Assembly (NCBI GenBank): GCA_046583355.1
Contig: JAYGCM010000046.1
Coordinates: 1-11,420, forward strand
Direction: 5' to 3'
DNA from: Deltaproteobacteria bacterium
GTDB taxonomy: Bacteria > Desulfobacterota > Binatia > UBA12015
DNA: 11,420 nucleotides
Positions 1 through 6,578 of the stretch are shown here, in pieces (the first letter of the stretch is position 1; each line of letters begins with the position of its first letter). The translations under genes were made by a program, and so were the position numbers. The notes under the pieces are model-generated. The model ran no database searches. It saw only the letters and a list, made by a program, of their open reading frames with translations, and was not told the origin of the DNA.

Positions 1-74
1 TCGAATACGCCGATCGGCGCGTCGCGCCCGGGCGCACGACGCCGGAGGGCAACGCTACTTCTTCGCGTAGCCAT
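1..74 (-). CDS. murI: 5' fragment of probable glutamate racemase (continues beyond left edge)
   Basis: Manual minus-strand translation from ATG at 74 gives MATRRSSVALRRRAPGRDAPIGVF(D). APIGVFD matches the conserved MurI N-terminal motif (PIGVFDSGxGG). GGAG lies 4 nt before the ATG, and the start overlaps the yihA 3' end by 20 nt. Only 24 codons are visible. Confidence 0.7.
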   Translation of the reverse strand, partial: MATRRSSVALRRRAPGRDAPIGVF

Positions 75-717
75 AGCGCTCCAAACGCTTGCGAATCTCC
101 TCGATTCCGCTCCGACTCAGAGCCGAGAAAGGAAAAACCTCCTCGACCTCCTGGCGCATTGTCGCCAGCGCCTTATCGCGCGCATTGCGCTTCAATTTGT
201 CGATCTTGCTGGCCACCACCACGACATCGTGACCGTGCGCCTCGCCAAACTCCATCATCAGCCGGTCGCCTTCGCCAATACCGCGGCGAGCATCAACGAT
301 GACCACGATGCAGCAAAGCGTCGCACGCTCAGCGACATAGCGCTCGACCATGGGCCGCCACTCTGCGCGCACAGCCGCCGGCGCGCGGGCGAACCCATAG
401 CCCGGCAGATCGGCCAAGGCGATCGGACTCGGTCCAGAAAAAAAGTTGACCTGCTGGGTCCGCCCTGGCGTACGGCTCGTGCGAGCGAGCGCGCGCGTGC
501 GGGTAAAGACATTGATCAGCGAAGATTTGCCGACGTTCGACTTGCCGGCGAACGCGACTTCAGGCAGCCCCATCTCCGGCGGCGTCCCGGTCGTGCCGAC
601 AGCGCCGGCAAAGATCCAAGCACCGCCCGTTACAGGGCGCGGCCTTCGTTTCTCAGTTCCAGCCCGACCCGCCGGAGCCGTAATCTTTGTCGTCGTAGCG
701 CGGCGCCGGCTGGCCAT
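55..717 (-). CDS. yihA: Ribosome biogenesis GTP-binding protein YihA/YsxC (EngB)
   Basis: PEVAFAGKSNVGKSSLIN (G1), SRTPGRTQQVNFF (G2), DLPGYGFA (G3), SKIDK (G4) and FSA (G5). AAAGGGGAG SD-like sequence upstream of ATG 717. The basic N-terminal extension overlaps the upstream gene by 65 nt. Confidence 0.95.
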   Translation of the reverse strand: MASRRRATTTKITAPAGRAGTEKRRPRPVTGGAWIFAGAVGTTGTPPEMGLPEVAFAGKSNVGKSSLINVFTRTRALARTSRTPGRTQQVNFFSGPSPIALADLPGYGFARAPAAVRAEWRPMVERYVAERATLCCIVVIVDARRGIGEGDRLMMEFGEAHGHDVVVVASKIDKLKRNARDKALATMRQEVEEVFPFSALSRSGIEEIRKRLERYGYAKK

Positions 718-1180
718 ATCCGGGATCTCCCCTTTGGGTATCAGACGACGCAGCCGGTGCGGGTGCAGGGGCGGCGTCGTACTCCCGCAGCGTCGAATCG
801 ACCGAGCGCGGCGGAGCGTTAAAATGAATTTTTTCTTTGCCTTGGAGCATCGCCGGTGTCAGCACCCAGGTGCCATTGATCGATGCGTTCCAGATATCGT
901 TGGCGACTTCGAGATCGCCGCCGGTGATGCACCAGGCCACGCCACCGATCAGGCCACCAAATGAAGCATAAAACGCCTTGGCTGGGACATAAAGAAGGTT
1001 GCTGAACCCGGCGCCCGCGCCGATTCCGGCCTCATGCCAGAAATCTTCCTCTGCCTGCGCCGGCCGGGCGGCAAATACAAGCACCACCGTCAGAGCAGCG
1101 GCCAGCAAGGACTGTCGCAAGCGCACCAGCCGCAGTCCCGCCACCTGTCGTTTCGTTCCGTATTTCATTGTCTCCACCAC
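653..1180 (-). CDS. Hypothetical exported/membrane-associated protein
   Basis: Basic N-terminus, hydrophobic stretch and AQA|EED signal peptidase I-like site, then a Gly-rich hydrophobic core (GIGAGAGFSNLLYVPAKAFYASFGGLIGGVAWCITGG) and a Pro/Ala/Gly-rich tail. Start is uncertain: GTG 1180 (AGGAGGT 6 nt upstream, preferred), ATG 1168, or ATG 1216 (ATGA overlap with the upstream stop). Confidence 0.8.
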   Translation of the reverse strand: MVETMKYGTKRQVAGLRLVRLRQSLLAAALTVVLVFAARPAQAEEDFWHEAGIGAGAGFSNLLYVPAKAFYASFGGLIGGVAWCITGGDLEVANDIWNASINGTWVLTPAMLQGKEKIHFNAPPRSVDSTLREYDAAPAPAPAASSDTQRGDPGYGQPAPRYDDKDYGSGGSGWN

Positions 1181-1212
1181 AACCCCACCTCCTCGGCGCG
1201 CACTCGGCGCGC

Positions 1213-1947
1213 TCATTCCGTTCCGAAGATCGCTTCTTCTGGTAGCAGTTCCAGCAGCAAATCGAAGGCCTGCTGGACCACTCTTTCATCCTTGCATTCG
1301 ATTGTCAGCTTTACGCTGTAATCAGATGTGTCCATTTTCGGGTAACTGCCGATCATCACCTCGGGCAGCTGCGCCGTCACTCGGTTGAGCAAGCTGGCGA
1401 TCGCGCTCTCGTGGTGGCGGCTATAGATGATCCGCAAGAAATACGGACTGGAGGCGAATCGCTCGGCCAGACTCTCGAATTTCCGCCGCAGGATCTCCGG
1501 TACGCCAGGCAGAATATAGACATTCTCAAAGGATACGGTCGCAAAACCGAGCTTCGGGTCCGCAATCAGCGTGGCGCCTTGGGGCACCTCAGCCATCTTC
1601 AGGTGATGCTCATTGACCCGGTCGCCGAGAAAGCCGTTGATCGCGGCAACCATCTCGGGATGCTGCACTACCGGCCGGCTGAAGGCAGCCGCCACACCTG
1701 CGATGGTCACATCATCATGTGTCGGGCCGATGCCGCCCGAGGTGAAAACGTGATCATAGCTTTGATGGAAGAAAAGCACGGCCTCGGCAATCGTCTCGAC
1801 CTCGTCAGGAATGGTCAGAACGCGACGCACTTCGACGCCGAGCTTGCGCAACTCGACCGCCAGATAGCCCGAATTCGCATCGACAACCTTCCCCGAGAGG
1901 ATCTCGTTGCCGATGATGAGAATGCCTGCGGTAGGAGCCGGCATCAT
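1213..1947 (-). CDS. Stand-alone COG1058 / CinA N-terminal (MoCF_biosynth fold) protein, probable ADP-ribose/FAD pyrophosphatase-like
   Basis: Motifs AGILIIGNEILSGKVVDANSGYL, FTSGGIGPTHDDVT, YILPGVPE and IGSYP. About 244 aa with no C-terminal PncC domain. Start trimmed to ATG 1947 (or 1944), where family similarity begins. Confidence 0.88.
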   Translation of the reverse strand: MMPAPTAGILIIGNEILSGKVVDANSGYLAVELRKLGVEVRRVLTIPDEVETIAEAVLFFHQSYDHVFTSGGIGPTHDDVTIAGVAAAFSRPVVQHPEMVAAINGFLGDRVNEHHLKMAEVPQGATLIADPKLGFATVSFENVYILPGVPEILRRKFESLAERFASSPYFLRIIYSRHHESAIASLLNRVTAQLPEVMIGSYPKMDTSDYSVKLTIECKDERVVQQAFDLLLELLPEEAIFGTE

Positions 1948-2090
1948 CCGACCCAGGTAGGCTCGTTGCGAAAATCGCTGCGGCCATTGTAGATCGACAT
2001 GGCAGGGCCGGCATAGAGCGTGCACACGGGACCGGCGCCCTCGTTCGCCAATGCCGGCGCGATCAATTTCCCATCATTTCCAGTTCTCAT
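1944..2090 (-). CDS. Candidate 48-aa small protein (MRTGNDGKLIAPALANEGAGPVCTLYAGPAMSIYNGRSDFRNEPTWVG)
   Basis: GGAGG lies 4 nt before ATG 2090, just downstream of a sigma70-like promoter. Its TGA overlaps the ATGATG start of the COG1058 gene. About 33 of 48 codons end in G/C by hand count. No family recognised. Confidence 0.4.
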   Translation of the reverse strand: MRTGNDGKLIAPALANEGAGPVCTLYAGPAMSIYNGRSDFRNEPTWVG

Positions 2091-2110
2091 CCGACCTCCG
2101 CTCGCTTCTG

Positions 2111-2138
2111 ACTATACGACTCAATCGGGCTGCGGCAA
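2111..2138 (-). promoter_or_regulatory. Putative sigma70-type promoter for the leftward operon
   Basis: Minus strand reads TTGCCG-N16-TATAGT, upstream of the small ORF and the COG1058 gene. Confidence 0.5.
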
Positions 2139-2184
2139 AACCCGGGCTTGCACACCGCCCGGCTACAGCCGATCCTCTCCCTGC

Positions 2185-2454
2185 ATGAGCCGAAGCGATA
2201 AAATCGAGGGCCTGCTGCGCGAAAAACTCACCCCGACCCGCCTGGAGGTCGAGGACGATAGCGCGAGCCATGCCGGCCATGCCGGCGCAAGCGAAGGCGG
2301 CGGGCATTTCAACGTAACAATCGTTGCGCCTGCTTTTGCCGGCCGCTCGCGGGTCGAGCGCCACCGCATGGTCTACACGGCGCTCGGCGATATGATGCCG
2401 ACGGAGATCCACGCCCTGGCCGTGCGCGCCTTCACTCCCGACGAAGACAGCTAG
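2185..2454 (+). CDS. bolA: BolA family protein
   Basis: LEVEDDSASHAGHAGA..GGHFNVTIVAPAFAGRSRVERHRMVYTAL..EIHAL is a classical BolA signature. 89 aa from ATG 2185. Confidence 0.95.
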   Translation: MSRSDKIEGLLREKLTPTRLEVEDDSASHAGHAGASEGGGHFNVTIVAPAFAGRSRVERHRMVYTALGDMMPTEIHALAVRAFTPDEDS

Positions 2455-2470
2455 AGCCCCGGTCGCACCG

Positions 2471-4108
2471 CTAAGCCGAAAGCAGGCTGCGACCGATCAC
2501 CTTGATGCCGAGGATCGGCTTCACGCCCTCGAAGATCGGCAGCACCAGGGCGTCGACCACGTAGCGACAGATCGGGAACTCCTCGGCAAAGCCCCAACCG
2601 CCGTGCAGAATTTGCGCTTCCTGGGTCGTGCGCACAGCCACGTCGCAGGTGAAGAGTTTGGCCATCGCGGGGATCGGCGAGCGGGTATCGCCCGAGTCCA
2701 TGACGCGGGCGGCGTGGTAGGTGAGTTGGCGGCCGGCCGCGACCTCGACCGCCATGCGGCCGAGTTTGTATTGCGTCAGCTGGAAAGAGCCGATCGTCTG
2801 GCCGAATTGTGAGCGCTCGTTTGCGTAGGAAGCCGCCGCCTCGATGGCGGCCTGCGACACGCCCGTGGCACGCCCGCCGGTCTGCAGGCGGCCGGCCGCG
2901 AACCCGCCCATCTGCAGCGCAAAGCCGCGGCCCTCGCCGCCCACCAGGTTTGCCGCCGGGACGAAATAATTATCAATCCCGAGCGTATAGGAATGCATCC
3001 CGCGGTAACCCGGCGTCCGATCGGCCGTGCCACTGATGGTGCCGCCATGCGGCTGCTTCATCTCGAACTCATGGCCTTCGAAGACATCCTTCGGGACGAT
3101 GAAAAGCGAGAGGCCCTTGGCACCCTTGGAGAGGTCCGGGTCGGTGCGGGTGAGCATGGCGATCACGTTGGCGCGGCCGGCAAACGTACACCATGCTTTC
3201 GCACCGTTCAGAAACCAGCCCTCTACTCCATCGAGTTCGCCCTTCTCGGCGCGCAACTTGACGGCTGCCACATCCGAACCCGTATCGGGCTCCGTCACGG
3301 AGATTGCGGCCATGATCTCGCCGCTAGCCAGCTTCGGCAGCCATTCCTTTTTCTGCTCTTCACTGCCGCCGGCCAAAAGCGCCTTGGAGAGGATTTCGGG
3401 GCGGGTGATCAGGCTGCCGGCAGACGCCAGCGAGGCCACCGAAAGCTCTTCGGTGGTCAGGATCATCGCAACATTACTCGTGCCAGAGCCGCCGTATTCG
3501 ATGGGAATGGGCAGGCCAAAGAAGCCGAGTTCGGCCATCTTCGAGATGATGGTCTCCGGTACGAGGGAATCCTTCATGTGGATTTCCTGCGCCAGAGGCG
3601 CGACTTCGCCGCGCGCGAATTTCCGCACCTCCTCGCGGATCATGCGGTCGTCTTCGGTCTCGAGCCACGCATCGGGCGTCGTGCCCGCCTCGATCACCTG
3701 ACGACCGAGAGCCTCGATACGCCGATCGTCAAGACCGGCCCGGACGAAGTCGCGTGTGGCCTCGCTATGCAAAGTCTCGTCGATGAGGTCTTGGCCGACG
3801 CCGAAAACAGGCCCCTGCTCAAACGCCTGTGTGCGCGCACGCGAGGTGACCATTGCGGTGAAGATCGCTGCCGTCTCGACAGCAAAGGAGTCGCGGCCAG
3901 CTGCCTTCTCGGCGTATTCGACCATCGCCTCGACCGCCTCGACCTCGGTTGCCAGGTAGGCCAAACGCTCCGTATGGACCTGGTGGTCATCGATTTTCTT
4001 GCCGCCTTCGGTACGCTCGCGTCCCACAACCAATGCCGCGTCGACGATCTTTCTAAGGTTACCAGCGACCAGGCGAACGCCGGCCAGTTCTTCATTCGAT
4101 GCTGCCAT
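2471..4108 (-). CDS. mcd: Acyl-CoA dehydrogenase, probable (2S)-methylsuccinyl-CoA dehydrogenase
   Basis: 545 aa with a long N-terminal extension before the ACAD core, as in Mcd. Motifs GSLITRPEI, SVTEPDTGSDV, LNGAKAWCTFA, PGYRGMHSY, RSQFG, QILHGGWGF and IFEG (catalytic Glu). Lies directly downstream of ecm. AGGAG SD 7 nt before ATG 4108. Confidence 0.85.
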   Translation of the reverse strand: MAASNEELAGVRLVAGNLRKIVDAALVVGRERTEGGKKIDDHQVHTERLAYLATEVEAVEAMVEYAEKAAGRDSFAVETAAIFTAMVTSRARTQAFEQGPVFGVGQDLIDETLHSEATRDFVRAGLDDRRIEALGRQVIEAGTTPDAWLETEDDRMIREEVRKFARGEVAPLAQEIHMKDSLVPETIISKMAELGFFGLPIPIEYGGSGTSNVAMILTTEELSVASLASAGSLITRPEILSKALLAGGSEEQKKEWLPKLASGEIMAAISVTEPDTGSDVAAVKLRAEKGELDGVEGWFLNGAKAWCTFAGRANVIAMLTRTDPDLSKGAKGLSLFIVPKDVFEGHEFEMKQPHGGTISGTADRTPGYRGMHSYTLGIDNYFVPAANLVGGEGRGFALQMGGFAAGRLQTGGRATGVSQAAIEAAASYANERSQFGQTIGSFQLTQYKLGRMAVEVAAGRQLTYHAARVMDSGDTRSPIPAMAKLFTCDVAVRTTQEAQILHGGWGFAEEFPICRYVVDALVLPIFEGVKPILGIKVIGRSLLSA

Positions 4109-4115
4109 GGGAAAA

Positions 4116-4120
4116 CTCCT
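4116..4120 (-). promoter_or_regulatory. Shine-Dalgarno site of mcd
   Basis: AGGAG-ttttccc-ATG on the minus strand. Confidence 0.75.
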
Positions 4121-4154
4121 GAAACTTGAGATTCGAGATAAGGGGGAAAGCGAT

Positions 4155-6125
4155 CTACGTCGCCGGCGCGACGACATCGACCATATCGCCAATGATCGCA
4201 AAAATATCGTAATTCTTCGGTGTGTAGATGCGCGCGACGCCCGCCTTGCGCAGCGCGTCGGCGTCTTCGTCAGGCACGATGCCGCCAAGCACAAGCGGGA
4301 TCTCGGAGGCGCCACGCGCCCGCAAGCCGTCGAGGATCTCGGGCACGAGTGTGAGGTGGGAGCCCGAGAGAATGCTCAACCCAACCAGGTCGACCGACTC
4401 GTCGCAGGCCGTAGCGACGATCTCCGCCGGTGAGAGCCGGATACCGCCGTAGATCACCTCGAAGCCAGCATCCGCGCACGCCACCGCGATCTGTTCGGCG
4501 CCATTGGAATGGCCGTCGAGGCCCGGCTTGCCGATGAGCACTTTGGGGGGATGGCCGAGTCGCACCGAGGCAGCCGCTACGATCTCGCGCAGAGCCGCCA
4601 GGCGCGGGCTGGTATCGCCACCGCGCGCGCCACTCGCCGCGATGCCGGTCGGCGCGCGGTAGCTACCGAAGATCTCGCGCAACACACCGGCCCATTCGCC
4701 GGTCGTCACTCCTGCGTGTGCGCAACGGATCGAGGCCGGCATGATATTATCCGTGCCCTCGGCCGCTTCTTTCAAGCCAGCCAGCGCAGCCGCTACTGCC
4801 ACGGCGTCGCGGGTGGCGCGGAAGGCCTGTAGAGATTCGATTTGCTCGCGCTCGGCAGCTGAATCGACTTGGAGAATGGCGTCAGTGCCGCCGCCACCCA
4901 GTGGCGATTCGGCGGTCTCCTGGAAGCGGTTCACGCCGACCACCGTCTGTACGCCCTCTTCAATGCGACGCAGCCGCTCCGATTGCGAACGGACCAGCCT
5001 CTGCTTGACCCAGCCCGTTTCGACCGCGGCCACGATGCCGCCCTGACCAAGGACCTCTTCGAGTTCCGCACGCGCCGCCGTAGCGATCTCCTCGACCTTG
5101 GTCTCGATCACTGTCGAGCCCTCGAAGATATCGCCGTATTCCAGAAGATCGGTCTCGAAGGCCAGAATCTGCTGAATCCGCAAGCTCCATTGCTGGTCCC
5201 AAGGACGCGGCAGGCCGAGCGCTTCGTTCCAGGCCGGCAATTGCAGCGCGCGGCAGCGAGCATCGCGGGAAAGCGTCACGCCAAGCGACTCGAGCACGAT
5301 CCGGGTAATATTGTTCTCCGGCTGGGCCTCGGTCAGGCCCAATGAGTTCACCTGCACGCCGTAGCGGAAGCGCCGCATGCTCTCTTCGGTAACGCCGTAG
5401 CGGTCACGCGTGATCTCATCCCAAAGCCGCCCGAACGCACGCAGCTTGCAGATCTCTTCGACAAAGCGGATCCCCGAGTTGACGAAGAAGCTGATCCGGC
5501 CCACCACCTTGGCCATGCCGGCGTCGTCGATCTCGCCCGAAGAGCGCACTTCGTCAAGAATCGCGATGGCCGCGGCCAGCGCATAGGCGACCTCCTGGAC
5601 CGGCGTCGCACCGGCTTCTTGTAGGTGATAGCTGCAAACATTGGTCGGGTTCCATTTCGGCACCGTGCCGACCGTGTAGCGGACAATATCGCTTTTGAGC
5701 CGCATGCTCGGCGCCGGCGGGAAGATATAGGTCCCGCGCGAGAGATATTCTTTGATGATATCGTTCTGCGTCGTACCCTTGAGCACAGCCGGATCCACAC
5801 CCTGCTTCTCGGCCACGGCGATATAGAGCGCGAGCAGCCAGGCCGCCGTGCCGTTGATCGTCATGGAGGTATTCATCTCGTTGAGTGGGAGGGCCTCAAA
5901 AAGACGTTCCATATCGCCGATATGCGAAATCGGCACACCGACCTTGCCCACCTCGCCCGCGGCGAGCGGATCGTCGCTATCGTAGCCAGTCTGCGTTGGC
6001 AGATCGAAGGCCACCGAGAGCCCCGTCTGCCCCTTGGAGAGGTTCAGGCGGTAGAGCTCGTTGGACGCCCGAGCGCTACTATGGCCCGAATACGTTCGCA
6101 TTACCCAAGGTTTGTCACGCTTCAC
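4155..6125 (-). CDS. ecm: Ethylmalonyl-CoA mutase (protein MeaA), adenosylcobalamin-dependent
   Basis: RDKPWVMRTYSGHSSA (RTYxGH is typical of Ecm/MeaA, versus RQYAGF in methylmalonyl-CoA mutase), KGQTGLSVAFDLPTQTGYD, GTTQNDIIKEYLSRGT, NVCSYHLQEAGA, FRYGVQVNSLG, LQLPAWNEALGLP, and a C-terminal B12 domain with KPGLDGHSNG (DxHxxG) and GLSILSGSH. Start GTG 6125 (656 aa) or GTG 6134. Confidence 0.95.
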   Translation of the reverse strand: MKRDKPWVMRTYSGHSSARASNELYRLNLSKGQTGLSVAFDLPTQTGYDSDDPLAAGEVGKVGVPISHIGDMERLFEALPLNEMNTSMTINGTAAWLLALYIAVAEKQGVDPAVLKGTTQNDIIKEYLSRGTYIFPPAPSMRLKSDIVRYTVGTVPKWNPTNVCSYHLQEAGATPVQEVAYALAAAIAILDEVRSSGEIDDAGMAKVVGRISFFVNSGIRFVEEICKLRAFGRLWDEITRDRYGVTEESMRRFRYGVQVNSLGLTEAQPENNITRIVLESLGVTLSRDARCRALQLPAWNEALGLPRPWDQQWSLRIQQILAFETDLLEYGDIFEGSTVIETKVEEIATAARAELEEVLGQGGIVAAVETGWVKQRLVRSQSERLRRIEEGVQTVVGVNRFQETAESPLGGGGTDAILQVDSAAEREQIESLQAFRATRDAVAVAAALAGLKEAAEGTDNIMPASIRCAHAGVTTGEWAGVLREIFGSYRAPTGIAASGARGGDTSPRLAALREIVAAASVRLGHPPKVLIGKPGLDGHSNGAEQIAVACADAGFEVIYGGIRLSPAEIVATACDESVDLVGLSILSGSHLTLVPEILDGLRARGASEIPLVLGGIVPDEDADALRKAGVARIYTPKNYDIFAIIGDMVDVVAPAT

Positions 6126-6132
6126 AAGCGAC

Positions 6133-6141
6133 ACCCTAACA
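6133..6141 (-). promoter_or_regulatory. Putative extended -10 element upstream of ecm
   Basis: TGT-TAGGGT (TGnTAnnnT) lies 7 nt before GTG 6125. The same bases could alternatively act as a weak SD (AGGG). Confidence 0.4.
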
Positions 6142-6168
6142 ATGAGACGACGGGTGCGGGAGGGAACA

Positions 6169-6495
6169 TCAGGACCCACCCTTGGCGCCGGCCGGCGCAA
6201 TCTTGACGATCCAGGCATGCGTCCCCTGCACCACCAACTCGAAGCGCACCGTGTCTCCGCTGGCGAGGCCTTCCAGAAGGGCCGGATCGCGCACATCAAA
6301 AGGCATCGTCATCGCCTCCATAAAGCCCGGAATCTCGTCATGGGCGATGGTCACGCTGCGCCGTGCCGCCTCGACCCGTACCACTTTACCGCCGACCTCA
6401 TAGGAAACCCTCTCCTCCGTGCGCCGATCCTCACAGCCGAGAAGGCCCGCAGGCATAAGGAGAATCAGGAAGAGCAGAATCGCTTTATAACGCAT
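6169..6495 (-). CDS. CusF-like (OB-fold) Cu(I)/Ag(I)-binding lipoprotein
   Basis: Signal peptide with lipobox LLGC. GKVVRVE..SVTIAHDEIPGFMEAMTMPFDV.DPALLEGLASGDTVRFEL matches the CusF pattern H-x7-(W/M)-x2-M-x-M. Confidence 0.88.
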   Translation of the reverse strand: MRYKAILLFLILLMPAGLLGCEDRRTEERVSYEVGGKVVRVEAARRSVTIAHDEIPGFMEAMTMPFDVRDPALLEGLASGDTVRFELVVQGTHAWIVKIAPAGAKGGS

Positions 6496-6511
6496 GGTTC
6501 AAGTTCGCGAT

Positions 6512-6545
6512 TGGCGACCCCGGTGGCAAGTGGCACCCCGGTTGC
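6512..6545. repeat. Imperfect tandem direct repeat in the divergent spacer
   Basis: TGGCGACCCCGGTGGC (6512-6527) and TGGCACCCCGGTTGC (6531-6545). The core ACCCCGGT is exact at 6517 and 6535 (18-nt period). Confidence 0.7.
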
Positions 6546-6546
6546 C
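6531..6546 (+). promoter_or_regulatory. Putative sigma54 (RpoN) -24/-12 promoter upstream of hbd
   Basis: TGGCAC-CCCGG-TTGC, with GG (6532-33) and GC (6544-45) separated by exactly 10 nt, 33 nt upstream of the hbd ATG. Confidence 0.5.
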
Positions 6547-6547
6547 G

Positions 6548-6565
6548 AAACAACCGACGTTGTTT
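6548..6565. promoter_or_regulatory. Palindromic candidate operator
   Basis: AAACAAC-CGAC-GTTGTTT: perfect AT-rich 7-bp arms in a GC-rich background, ending 13 nt before the hbd start. Confidence 0.6.
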
Positions 6566-6578
6566 AAGAATATTCCCC

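Noticed and set aside
438..444. A7 homopolymer as a phase-variation or frameshift site
   Set aside because: It encodes the conserved NFF motif of YihA in an intact frame.
1948..2025. N-terminal extension of the COG1058 ORF containing CRPCH (CxxCH, heme c- or HNH-like)
   Set aside because: No signal peptide, no SD before GTG 2025, family similarity starts at Met 1947, and a stop lies shortly upstream in this frame. Most likely coincidental.
2993..4129. 378-aa plus-strand ORF (and 3027..3701)
   Set aside because: Antisense shadow of mcd with no recognisable motifs. Long antisense frames are expected with high-GC codon bias.
4109..4315. ORF-track N-terminal extension of mcd (similarly 6126..6299 for ecm and 2020..2184 for bolA)
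   Set aside because: These extensions overlap neighbouring genes or promoters and look non-coding. Better starts with SD or promoter support lie downstream.
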